A stretch of DNA of 64,000 nucleotides from Phyllobates terribilis (lineage: Eukaryota), in contig NW_027362773.1 of the NCBI RefSeq assembly GCF_046119375.1, forward strand, positions 110,794,001 to 110,858,000. The letters are read 5' to 3'. The notes below the pieces were generated by a model. That model worked only from the letters and a program-made list of their open reading frames with translations, was not told the DNA's origin and made no database searches. Of this stretch, positions 23,007-35,900 are shown one piece after another; the first letter of the stretch is position 1; the number at the start of each line of letters is the position of its first letter. A program made the position numbers and the translations under genes.

Positions 23007-23499
23007 TAATGGGGATAAAAGTGCCATGTTCTTTCAATGAATGATGCAGGTTCCCATTATTTTTAAGTATAAAGATCAGTGGTAACTTGTTATCACTGTA
23101 CAACCCCCAGTAAGGAAACAAAATAAAAAAAAAGCCAAAGCAACCAATCATAAGTGAGAGAAAAAAAAAATCAAAGAATAAAATGTAAAAGAGGTCAAGT
23201 CATCCCTTTTCCAAAAATAAAACAGAACAATCATATCACTACATCTGTAAAAGTCCGATCTTTTAAAATATAAAGTAAAGAAAAAAAGTTTGGACTTGGA
23301 AAAAGGGGAAGAAACACATAAAAAGAAGAATCGACAGTGACGGAAGGGGTTAAAGGATCCACAGGACGCCATCGGAGGCCTTGTTGAGTCCAGCCCATGA
23401 TGGGAGACTATGTAAGGCAGAAGGTCTTTAATGTTATGGCTGATCACTGTATAATATAATACACATTAGACACATAGAATTTTGTCAAATCAGGTTTAA

Positions 23500-23505
23500 T
23501 TTATT
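23500..23505 (-). terminator. DPP3 polyadenylation signal
   Basis: AATAAA overlapping ATTAAA on minus, about 240 nt after the stop codon. Confidence 0.6.
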
Positions 23506-23745
23506 TTTTCTTCTCGGAGTTAACCCATCATCTTTGATCACTGCTCCATTGATAGCGATTATTGGTGACGCTGTACTGCGCCTCGTGCTGCCTGGGATGC
23601 TGGATGGAGAAAGTGATCCTCTTGGTGGTGCCAGCGCCTCCAGACTGCACACTGCCCCCAGTCTATGCTGTGAATCTGCAGAGTATTGCTCCGTTCACGC
23701 TTTCACAGCACAGTCCTGCAGGATGTCGCCAGCTTTTCTCACAAT

Positions 23746-23903
23746 TCATCCGCTGCACTGTTTTTCCCAGTAGGAGGCGTCTGCACAGCTCAGCTCCAGC
23801 ATTTTCTTCTCTAGTTCCTCTTCATCGTTGCAAAATCTCTGCAGGACGGACAGTATCAGCCCGGAAGGACTGCTGTCATAGCGCAAAACTTCCACATCGT
23901 CCC
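23746..23903 (-). CDS. DPP3: DPP3 coding exon 17 (last)
   Basis: [23 protein letters not shown]...EKQCSG*. Confidence 0.9.
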
Positions 23904-26900
23904 CTGCGAGAAGAGGGGAAAAAAAACACGTTGTTAGTGAATCTACCACAACTTTATTACAGAGGCTGCTAACTTAACTTTTGACATTAAAAGGAAATGT
24001 GTCAGAAAATTACCTATTGTTTATTTTTTTTTTTTTTGTTGCATGTATTTTTTTTTATTGTTTTGACAATATTTTTTCATATCACAATCTTTTAAATTTT
24101 TTTAAAAAATTACAGTGTATATATATTATAGATTTTTTCTAAATAGAAAAAATAGATAATATACACCGTATTTTTTGGACTATAAGACGCACCGGACCAT
24201 AAGACATACCTATGTTTTAGAGGAGGAAAATAGAAACAAAATTAAGCAAAAAATGTGGTCATGATGCCCTGTTAAGGGGGAGGGGGTCGACTGCTGACAT
24301 TGTTATAGGGGTAATGTCTCCCAATTCTGTTAATATCCCCCATCCTGGTATATATGGCCCCCTCCTTCCTGTTATACTTGGCCCCCATCCCCATCCTGGT
24401 GTGCATGGCCCCCTCATCCTTCTTCCTGGTATGTAATGCACCCTTCATCCTGGTATGTATGGCCCCCTCATCCTTCTTCCTGGTATGTAATGCACCCTTC
24501 ATCCTGGTATGTATGGCCCCCTTCATCCCTCTTCTTGGTATGTATGGCTCCCTTCATCCCTCTTCCTGGTCAATAAAAGTTTAAAAATTTATGAAAGATC
24601 TGACTTAAAAAGATCTGAAAACACTGAGGCAGCAAAGTTTGTGAAAACTAAAATTTGTGTCAATAGCAAAACTTTTGGCCACCACACATGTACATATCTT
24701 ATCAAAACTAAACATAGCAAAAAGTTTCCCAATTCTAATAAACACCTAAGTTATAGAGTTGACAATAAGTAACTGCATATTTTCTTTTTTTTTGAGGGGA
24801 CATTCGCTCCCAAAGATGATAAAAGTTCTGATACAAAAATGTGCCCAGATTTTCACTCATAGGCCATGTTCAGTATTTGGTCAGTATTTTACATCAGTAT
24901 TTGTAAGCCAAAACCAGGAGTGGGTGATAAATACAGAAGTGGTGGACTTGTTTCTATTATACTTTTCCTCTTGATTGTTCCTCTCCTGGTTTTGGCTTAC
25001 AAATACTGATGGAAAATACTGACCAAATACTGAACGTGGCCCTAAACAGGGTATGAGATACCCACATAAAGGTGAATGCAGACTTCTGACAGGTCAATGG
25101 ACTTTGCTAAACTTAAATACATCGCTGTGCTCACCTGTAATCCGAGTGTTTATCTGTACAAACAATTTGCGCTCCTCCTTTCTCAGTATTACGACGTCAC
25201 GTAGGGTGAGAAACTTGTGCTCCTCTTCTGTAACTTTAGAGTATCCATCATACATGTCCCGAGCCCGGTCTACATCTGCTGTAGATTTATAAACCTGAAA
25301 AATGGGGGGAAAAAAAGAACAGAAATAAGCAACCAAAAAATAAAGAAATAAAGAAGCAGTCACGTCATGAGTAGACAAGCATGGAGAAAAAGCGACCCAG
25401 ATCCACTGCGACCCATTTAACTCTCAGGATACAGACCTGTAATTTCTTCAGGAATCGCTCGATGGCCGGTCGACCCACGCTCATAATCTTGCTCCTGTCT
25501 AGTGATACTTGTGCATCAGGACGGCCATCAACTCCAGTTTTCTGTGTGACGGTGACAAAGTTCTCCCCGGCTTCCAAGAGCACACGGAGGATGACAAAGC
25601 GAGCTTGCATATGAGCCTGTGGATGAGAACCAGCGATTCAATTAAAAAAATAAAATAGCGTTGTATCATGATGAAAGCAGGTGGACCACATAAGCCAAAG
25701 AGGTCTGTCAATCTCCGGTGGAATATGTCGTACGTCAGAACCGGGACGGTGTTGTACACAAAGCTTTTAAGGGTTTTTTCGATCTTTGGAGAACAATTTT
25801 TTTTTTCACTTAAGTGCATGTAATTGGGGCTAAATATAATTTTTTTTGCATTTAGGTTTCATTAAAAATTTGCACAGTTTGTCTTCTGTATCCTCCGTGT
25901 TGCACTGCCTATTGCTGCCTGCAAAATGAGTTAACTGAGAATCTGTCAGTCAGCCCACTATGATGGTCTGAGAGGGAGTTTTCTAACTTATCTGTCTTTT
26001 TCTAAGCGCCTCTCAGATTATTTATGATCATAGACCACGTCAAACTTAAACAGCAGAGAAACAAAGTCTGTAAAAGCCAAGTGGTGCAAAATTTCTTATA
26101 TAACACAATTGTAAAAATGATTTATAGCCCTGAATACATGCATTTAAGTAATTAAGTAAAGGAGGACAACCCCTTTAAAACAGCCATAAAAGTCAAAACA
26201 CACCTGTCTCCATTTTCCAGTCTCTGGTGTATAGTACTCCAGTCCCAATAATCCAGCCCGGACCATGTTCAGCCAGTTCACATACAAAACATCTTGTGCT
26301 TCCTGAGATTCGTGGCCAAAAATCCTGAAGTAAGAAGAAGTAATTTAAATATGATCAGATTAGGCAGATGTCGGACTGACAGCTTTTTACTTGCTGGGGT
26401 TCATTTTATCATGCACAAGTCCTAGTAGCATCATCAATAAAGGTCTAGGATGTCAAGATTTAATAGTTAACTACTTGTGGAGCACCCAAAGATGTTTACA
26501 AGGTCATGGCAGAGTTAGCAGCTACATAGAGATCGTGCAGCTGCAGGAGCCGGGGTCGGCCGGACTCCACACAGGAGAAGTCAGAGATGGTCTGCCTTTC
26601 TGATCTCTGTATATACAGAGCTGAACAACCCAGCAATTATGTTATCACTGGGAGGGAGCAGGAGCTACACCCAGATCACCTCTGTAGGCAGGAGGCTGAA
26701 TTTCCCCTGTAACTTGAGCTAATATGTCAGCTGTAGTTAAAAGAGAAATCAGCAAAAATTAAAAAATGTTGAAATGTCCCTCATAAGTTCTTTAAAGAGC
26801 CTGAGGAGGGGCACAATATGGAAAGAAAGGGAAAGGAAAGTAAAGCAAAGCGAAAACGAAAGGGAAAGGAAAGCGAAAATGAAAGGGAAAGCATTGCAAA

Positions 26901-29900
26901 AGGGAAAGGAAAGCAAAGCAAAAGGGAAAGGAAAGAAAAAGGGAAGCTAAGCGAAAGGGAAAGGAAAGCAAAGCAAAAGGGAAAGGAAAGCAAAAGGGAA
27001 GCTAAGCGAAAGGGAAAGGAAAGCAAAGCAAAAGGGAAAGGAAAGCAAAGGGGAAGCTAAGCGAAAGGGAAAGGAAAGCAAAGCAAAAGGGAAAGGAAAG
27101 CAAAAGGGAAGCTAAGGGAAAGGAAAGCAAAGCAAAAGGTAAAAGGAAAGCAAAAGGGAAGCTAAGCGAAAGGGAAAGGAAAGCAAAGCAAAAGGGAAAG
27201 GAAAGCAAAAGGGAAGCTAAGCAAAAGGGAAAGGAAAGCAAAAGGGAAGCTAAGCGAAAGGGAAAGGAAAGCAAAGCAAAAGGGAAAGGAAAGCAAAAGG
27301 GAAGCTAAGCGAAAGGGAAAGGAAAGCAAAGCAAAAGGGAAAGGAAAGCAAAAGGGAAGCTAAGCAAAAGGGAAAGGAAAGCAAAAGGGAAGCTAAGCGA
27401 AAGGGAAAGGAAAGCAAAGCAAAAGGGAAAGGAAAGCAAAAGGGAAAGGAAAGCAAAGCAAAAGGGAAAGGAAAGCAAAAGGGAAAGGAAAGCAAAGCAA
27501 AAGGGAAAGGAAAGCAAAAGGGAAGCTAAGCGAAAGGGAAAGGAAAGCAAAAGGTAAAGGAAAGCAAAAGGGAAGCAAAGTGAAAGGGAAAACAAAAGCA
27601 AAGGGAAAAGAAAACAAAGCAAAGCGAAAAGGAAAAGGAAAGCGAAAAGGAAAAGCAAAACAAAGCGTAAAGGAAAAGAAAAGCAAATCGAATCGAAAAG
27701 GAAAAGGAGAGCAAAGCGAAAGGGAAGCAAAGCGAAAAGGGAAAGGAAAGCAAAGGAAAAGGGAAAGGAAAGCAATGAGAAAGGGAAAGGAAAGACAAAG
27801 GGAAAGGAAAGACAAAGGAAAAGGAAAGACAAAGGGAAAGGAAAGACAAAGGGAAAGGAAAGACAAAGGGAAAGGAAAAAGAAACATGCAAAGACAAAGG
27901 GGAAGGAAAGAAAAAGAGAAAGGGAAAGAATAGCGAAAATGAAAGGGAAAGCATTGCAAAAGCAAAAGGGAAGCAAAGTGAAAGGGAAAATAAAAGCAAA
28001 GGGAAATGAAAACAAATCAAATCGAAAAGGAAAAGAAAAACAAAACGTAAAGGAAAAGAAAAGCGAAAAGGGAAAGGAAAGCAAAGCAAAAAGGAAAGCA
28101 AACCCGAAAAGGAAAAGAAAAGCAAAGCAAAAGGGAAAAAAAAGCAAATCGAAAAGGAAAAGGAGAGCATAGCGAAAGGGTAGCAAAGCGAAAAGGGAAA
28201 GGAAAGCAAAGCGAACAGGGAAAGGAAAGCAAAGCAAAAGGGAAAGGAAAGCAATGAGAAAGGGAAAGGAAAGACAAAGGGAAAGGAAAAAGAAAGAGAT
28301 GCAAAGACAAAGGGGAAGGAAAGAAAAAGAGAAAGGGAAAGAATAGCAGTGAAAGGGAAGCAAAGTGAAAAGTAAAGAAAAAGAATGAAAGGTAACAAAA
28401 AAGTAAATATTTTAAAGTCACAGCCAGTCTGAATCAGTTTCTAGCCCCTTCCTTTTGAAGTTGGGGGAGGGATACAAATCCACACTTGTCTGATATCACA
28501 ACATTTAGAATGGCAGGATGATGCTTCTTACCGTAACACCTCCTCACTGACGCATAGATAGAGCCCTACGCACTCCGCTCTGCACTCCTCGTAGGAAGAG
28601 GCGATGGTAGAGAATTTACTGTCCCAAGTTTCACCAGGTTTATACCAACTTCTCACCTGACAGTAAGAATACACACTAAGTGAATTTGTGAGCACAAGTA
28701 CAACAAATACAAAAACTATAGGTCGTCCCTGATAACCACTGAAAACCATTAGACCGCCGTATACATGAGCTTAAGGTCAGCTGGATCTGCAGATTTCAGG
28801 GGCTGGGTTCACACTTGTGCTGGAGGCTCCATTGCAACTTTCTTCATTTTTCACCAAATGGGTAAGTGGTTATACTATTTTTTCAGTGAAAGCGGCGGAC
28901 ACTCTAAAGTAACCAAATGGACCCCTTTACAATTATAGTATGTCTGTCTGGCATTGTTTCTGCCCATGATGTAATGGACCCTTTCCTTTAAAAAGTTATG
29001 TTATTCTGTTTCTAGAATGGAACAGAAAAACTGAACTTTGTCACTTACTTGCTCCCCAGTCTCCGGGTTGATAATATTCTCTTTGTCAAAATTGAATGTT
29101 CCTTTCTCATCCTGGAAAACATGAAGAAGGACCCGAGCAGTAATAACAATTAACAGGTTGCTCATATGTTGTAACTGGACAGCATTGCACATATGAGAAA
29201 CTATAGGTTACCTGGACAAAAAGCTTTCCACTGCCATGTCCTAATAACTCGTGTAGGCCGACCTGAACTTCAAAAGATGGGCCGCGACACTTTATGAAGA
29301 CGTCCTAAAGGATAGGAACAGCTGCTATAATGGTCATGTTCATGGGTGCACAAAGACGTCGTATAATGCACAAATTCATTTTAGACTTTAGTGCATTCAT
29401 TTTTTTTAATTATAATATTTCTGTTAAAAAAAAAAGACAAAACTATTCCAGTAGTTATTCCTTTATTGACCTTGGAAGAAAAAAAAATACATTTGGTATC
29501 AGAGCACACAGGCCGCTTCATCAAGCAAGTTACCAAATGAATGACCAAGAGAAGAGCGAAACGTGTATCCACTAAGATACGGGAAATCGATCATTAAGAA
29601 AAATCAAAGTGTCACAGCTCAGGTTCTTGATACAGATGGAAAGTAGCAGGCGTCAGAGATCTGGAGTCAAGTGTCATAAATCCAAGTAAAAACAAAAAGG
29701 GTTACGTTCCATCTCCTTATATAAAATTCCAATGTTTTATTTAGACAATTATCAAAAAATTCCACAGGAATCAAAGGCAAAAAATCAACAAAGAGGAGAG
29801 AAAAGCAACGCGTTTCGGTCGCAGACTGCAATCGTAATCAGTTGTGATTATCATCGAAACGCGTCGCTTTTCTCTCCTCTTTGTTGATTTTTTTGCCTTT

Positions 29901-32900
29901 GAGAGCTGTGGAATTTTATTATAATTGTCAAAATAAAAAATTGCCATTTTACCTAAGGCGCTGAAACTAAACCCTTGACTTGTTATGTCTGATCAGGACG
30001 CAGATCCGTGCACCTGGACTGTATCGGAATTCAATGGTGAGCTGGCTGTTTCACTACCTTGTTTTCATAGATCCAAGTGTTCAGACCCTATAGGAGGCAT
30101 TAGTAGTCATCCAAACCCACCCATTTCAGTGGGACCACCTTATGAGTATGGGGGCCTCCTGACTCTGATGATATTGGGGGAGGCGGTGTGAGGCAGCTGC
30201 TTACTCTCCTCTCTCCATACAGAATACAAGTGTTTGATAACTATATGACATATATGGCTACCCTTAGGTTAGGTGCTTCTGTTAAAGGGATTTTCCCAAA
30301 ATCACAATTTATCCACGGGATATCGAGTTATTCGCTGAGGGTCTGGCCTTTGAGACCCCATTTGATCCAGAAAATGGGGGTTCTAGAACCTGAAGCTAAG
30401 CTACAGAGCTCGCTCTTGAACAAACCAGAGGAACTCACGCTTGCCCTCCAATCCATTCATTGTCTATGGGACTGCTGGAAATTAGGGAACGATGCACTGG
30501 GCTTTCTCTAGCAGACTCACAGACAATGAATGGAGCGGAGGTCGAGCTTTGCGCCCCTCTTTGAAGAGGAGGCTCCAGAGTCCCATTCTTTGTTTTCCAG
30601 AGTCCTCTTCTTGGGATCGCTGGGGGTCCCATCCGTTCATACTCCCAGCATAGATAAAAGACAGCTTGCCATTTTCAGAAAAGCCCTTTTAATGACTAAA
30701 GGCCTTCTTAACAGCAATTCACATGACTCCATATTCCCAGGCTTGCTAAGGAGTTGGACACCGACTTAAAGTAGTTCCCTCTAATAAGTGGTACTAGAGA
30801 GATAGATTTTTTTTCCGCCATGGATTATAACCAGTAGGACGTCATGCACAACTAATCTCTTTAAAGCAGATATGTCATCAGACTACATACAATTATTAAA
30901 TATTTTTTAGACCTGAAGTACCTGGTGTACTTACTTACAAAATCCACGTTAGAATGGCTCTATAATCCAAATATTTAATATGACCATTTTAGGAGGCCAT
31001 TTTAACACTTGGCAGGGAAACTTTCAGAGGATTGCACAACCGATCTTACATGGATTTTTAATGCTCTAATATGTGTTTGATAATAAATGCAGCTTATCTT
31101 GTGAAATTTGGGAACAGATCTGCTATAATGAGAGCCTGTTCCCTTCCTCATCTTCCTGTGGTCTTAAAATTACCTTTACCAGCCCATGTACAACATCTTG
31201 GTGGAATAACATCTTGTTCTCTCCTCTTAGTCATTTACTTGTTACCTTGCCGGACACTGGGGCCTCTGTTCTCGGAAAGCTAGTAAAGCCGTAAAACACG
31301 TCAGGACAAGGATGCGAGTGTGAATGTACACGGACAATATACGGAATACATGACCAGTGCTTACACGGCATCGGCACATTCTGCGGCACTTCTCAGGTGT
31401 CATCAGTCCTGGTATACGGTATATACTGTACCTTGTCTTCTTCAGATAAGAAGGTCAGCTTATCGCGCTCCGTTGCATAACCGACCGATAAAACATTCCC
31501 CAATGAGACATTCTTAAATCCAACGCTCTGTCTGATGTCATCATCTGCGGAAAGACAGACGTAGAGAGCATTTTATATCACCTAGAATTAAAGGCCAAAG
31601 TAAGATTAACCCTATTATATCACTGGTGTATTTTTTCCAAAACTAAGCCTGTGATAAATAAGCAGATCGGTCCATTCCTCCACTGAAGCCAGATACAGCG
31701 GGAAAAAGAAGTATTGAACACGTCACCAATTTTCTCCGGTATTGCCGGTGAGCACAAGTATGCAATTTGCAGATTTTCACTCACATTCCGACTACACGTG
31801 CGCATCCTCTCTAAGTACACTTATGTTGGGAGAGAGAGGATGAGCACGTCTAGTCAGCATGTGGCCGAAGTCTAGTCAGCAAGTGGCCGATGACTAGACA
31901 GCAAGTGGCCGACGACTAGACAGCACGTGGCCGACGACTAGTCAGCACGTGGCCGACGACTAGTCAGCACGTGGCCGACGACTAGACAGCACGTGGCCGA
32001 CGACTAGACAGCACGTGGCCGACGACTAGACAGCACGTGGCCGACGACTAGACAGCACGTGGCCGACGACTAGACAGCACGTGGTCGACGACTAGACAGC
32101 ACGTGGTCGACGACTAGACAGCACGTGGCCGACGACTAGACAGCACGTGGCCGACGACTAGACAGCACGTGGCCGAAGACTAGCCAGCATGTAAGCAACG
32201 ACTAGCCAGCATGTGGCCGACGACTAGCCAGCATGTGGCCGACGACTAGCCAGCATGTGGCCGACGACTAGCCAGCATGTGGCCGACGACTAGCCAGCAT
32301 GTGGCCGACGACTAGCCAGCATGTGGCCGACGACTAGTCAGCATGTGGCCGACGTCTAGTCAGCATGTGGCCGACGTCTAGTCAGCATGTGGCCGCAAGT
32401 ATGCTTCTGCACACAGGGCAGGACAGGGCTGCGCCATAACGGTTCAACACCTGGCTGCTATCATTCTCAGGTCTTATAATCCTATGATAATAAACAACTA
32501 TGCATCATCAGCATTTAGTTCCAAAACAGGATTGCGGATAGATTCACATGACTGTACTTTACAGACTATGTCATTGACATAAATCTGGTCTTGTGACGTA
32601 AACCAACAGCCTCAGAGATATATGTGAGGGTGGCAGTCACGATCAGGAGACCTGCAATGAAACATGAAATAGAGCCAGAACGTGTCTTATTCAGCAGGTA
32701 CCAAAAACCCCAAAATCGCATACTAATAGGCAAGTAAACCTGCATAACCTTACAGTTTGGGATGTTGATGCCAGCAGGAATGCCACTGCCACTAAAAGCT
32801 ACTACGTCCAATGAGGTGAAGTCCGGCCGGAGGAAAGTGTCCTTCTCATACGTAGACGGCCATGGAAGCGATGCAACGAGCCGTTCTGCTGCAGCGACTA

Positions 32901-35900
32901 GCTGAGCAAAGCGAGCACTCACTAGCTTGTTAACCACCGCCACGAAGCCTGAATAACACAAAGAAGAGCTTGTTACAACAGAATAAAGAAAAATTGTCGC
33001 ATAGTATAAAGTTTCAACAAACCATGAAAACCATTATTCTCATCTGCCCTCCTTATAATACAAAGCCACGTTATTCCTGGCCACGGTCCAGGCCACTGGC
33101 ACAGATGGCGATGCTCACCCATCATTACAGGCGCCAAAGACTGTGCATGGAGCAGGAGAGCGCATGCAATTGTAATGGCCCCTATACTGGTGCGTTATTA
33201 CCTATCCACTAGACAGATGATAACTTGTTTAAACCTGAATATTCCTTTAAAAGTGAAAACAAAATTATATACCTTCCTAAAAAGTGTATCAGTTTTATAA
33301 TTCTCTGCATCTCACCTTCAAATTCTCCTCGGGAACCAAATGGGTCTCTGTAACTTTCAATGAATCCAATGTAGCTGTAATGAAAAGGTTGACTGTCAAA
33401 ATATGTGCTCCCCATATATTCTTCCCCTCCCCACCTCCCTCATCTTTTCCGACCTCTCAACTATTGGTCCTTTGTCCTGCACCCAGTATTTGGAGCCCTC
33501 TTTATGAGCTTGGATGGACCCTTCGTGGAAGCTGCGCCCATACTCCTCCAGCATTTTCCTTTGGTTTTCATTGGAAGCGTAGACCTATAAAAATGGAGGA
33601 AAATAACAAGTATGCTCACAAAGGTGGTTTATAACAGAAGCCGTGACCAGTGTGGTGGAGACCACCAGAGGTGCAGCAGCGCTTGTGTGGGGAACGATTC
33701 GGTGGTAATTTTCATTTGTTTTTTTCAAAAAACATCCCTTTAAAAGGATTTTCTGGTGAAAACAAGTTACCACCTATACACAGGATAGGTGATAATTTAT
33801 TTATTGGTGGGGGTCAGACCTTTGGGACTTGTACCGATCAGGAGAATTTTATCCCCTTTAGAATGGAGCAGCAGTGCACATGCATGATCGCCACTGCATG
33901 CATTATCCATGGGGCCCTCCGCGCGTCCCCCATGGGGCCCTCCGCGTGTCCCCCATGGGGCACTCCGCGCGTCTCCCCATGGGGCACTCCGCGCGTCCCC
34001 CCATGGGGCACTCCAAGCATTCCCCATGGGGCACTCCAAGCATTCCCCATGGGGCACTCCACGCATTCCCCATGGGGCACTCCACGCATTCCCCATGGGG
34101 CACTCCGGTGCAGATACCCCCTTTAACTCTTAATTATCCACAAAACCCAACGTTCAAAAAAATACATATTATATATTTTCCTTTATGTGCAAGCTATTAG
34201 GACAGTACATAGACCTTGGTAACCGAAACAACGTTCAATAGAGAAGGACCTACCTTGGCTTTTTCCAGGTTTTCCCTCACCCTGAGAAGTAAAGGAGAGT
34301 AATCCCCCCTTGTGACTCGGATCTCGTGACCTTCAAACTCAAATTGTCCCAAGAGCTTTGAAAAGTCAGACAATACATCCTCGGATCCTACGGAGATGAA
34401 AGGAAGGCCTATAGATAAGGGCAATGTCAGGTGTGAACATCACTCTCCTATTGACCAACCCTATTAGTTGCTCACCTTCTTTGCTGACTGATGCCAGACG
34501 AACTTCATACTTGGTTCTGCCACCATCGTCCAGAGTTTTAAATAGTCGTGTGTTGTAGGCACTAAGGCTCTACGGGAAAAGAAAACCAGTATGTAATCCT
34601 AGAAGGATACGAGTGAGCAGAACAACTTGATGCATTTACCTTTGAGTCGAGGAACTTCTGAATCAGTTCGGCATCTTCCAATGTGCAATTTGCAGAAAAA
34701 TAAGTGCTAATCCCCTATGAGAAAACAAAAGTATAAAAGGATCATATAAATAGTGATGTTTTAGTAAAGAAGTGCCACCAATCAGAAACTATAGAGTATT
34801 TTCAGATTTATAATCCAAAAGAGTGCACTTATAGGGGACATCAAATGTGAAGTCCCCGACATCCCCTAGAAACCGTAGGATTTTCATCTACACCATCTAG
34901 TGCTGACAATGTGGATTGCAATATGACTGCAGCAGCGTATTCAGGTTGATCTACAGTATAGAAGTGGTAGCCGGCCATAATGGACCCTAAAAGTGCCCAA
35001 AAAAATCACATCACATCAAGCCAGAGCTGGGAACACTTTCCACCTCTTCCTTAGACTGACCGCTCAGTGTATAGTAGGACTCTAGCAGAGTCATTTAAGG
35101 GGCTGTCTGACCCTAGGCTACAAGTCTGCAGTCACTCTATTTGACTGCAAACTTAGGAATCCTTACATCACCTGTGCCGGGAGCGTGACCAAAGTATGCA
35201 ATTTGCATACCTGCGGTCATGTGCCGACTAGACATGCGCAGGCTCGCTCAATGCAAGGGTACTGAGCAAGGCCAGACAGTCTAGTCGAAAAGTGTCCGGA
35301 AATATGCAAATTGCATACTTGCAGTCACTGCTCCCAGCACCGGAGAATTCTCACAGCTCACAGTGCGCGCGATGTCAGAATTCCCAGGTCTGCAGTCACA
35401 TAAAGTGACTACAGACTTGTAGCCTAAGGCTGAACAACCCCTTTAACCTATAAATTTGCCAAGTTCTGGGATACACACACACGCAAGAGTAACTTTAAAG
35501 TGAGTCTGTTAGCACAGAATGACTGTTCAAACCAAGCTCAGGCTCTCTATGCACCCTTGGAGTGGCCAAGCATTAAAGTACACCTTCTTGATTTCTCTCT
35601 ATCTCCACCCTCCCTTTTTGATTGACAGCTCCAGCTTTATAGATCCAGAGGGTGCACAGAGTGCTTGTGCTTGGTTTGAACAGTCATTCTGTGCTGACAG
35701 ACTAAATGTAATAAGTAGGCAAAGTTTTGTTACAACTCTGTTGCGCTGTTCCTAAATTGGAAACGTTACCATTATTCATGTTTTAGGTCTGGCTACTTAC
35801 ATGGTCCCCTAGACCCAGCTGTCTCTCCTGCGGCTCCAGTGAGTACATGCCGCCTTCCACCATCTTCCACAGCGCTTCCATTCCTTCTGGATCTTTAGTG

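Noticed and set aside
23500-23748. Selenocysteine read-through of the DPP3 TGA
   Set aside because: The stop falls at the expected C-terminus and I see no SECIS-like ATGA/AA/GA stem in the UTR.
26781-28421. Long F/L/S/P- or K/R/G-rich ORFs (up to 352 aa)
   Set aside because: Artefacts of the purine-pyrimidine repeat.
31850-32394. CRISPR array
   Set aside because: Head-to-tail units with no unique spacers, no cas genes, and a eukaryotic intron.
33650-34200. Overlapping ORFs with repeated PHGAL/MGNAW peptides
   Set aside because: Translations of the palindromic minisatellite.
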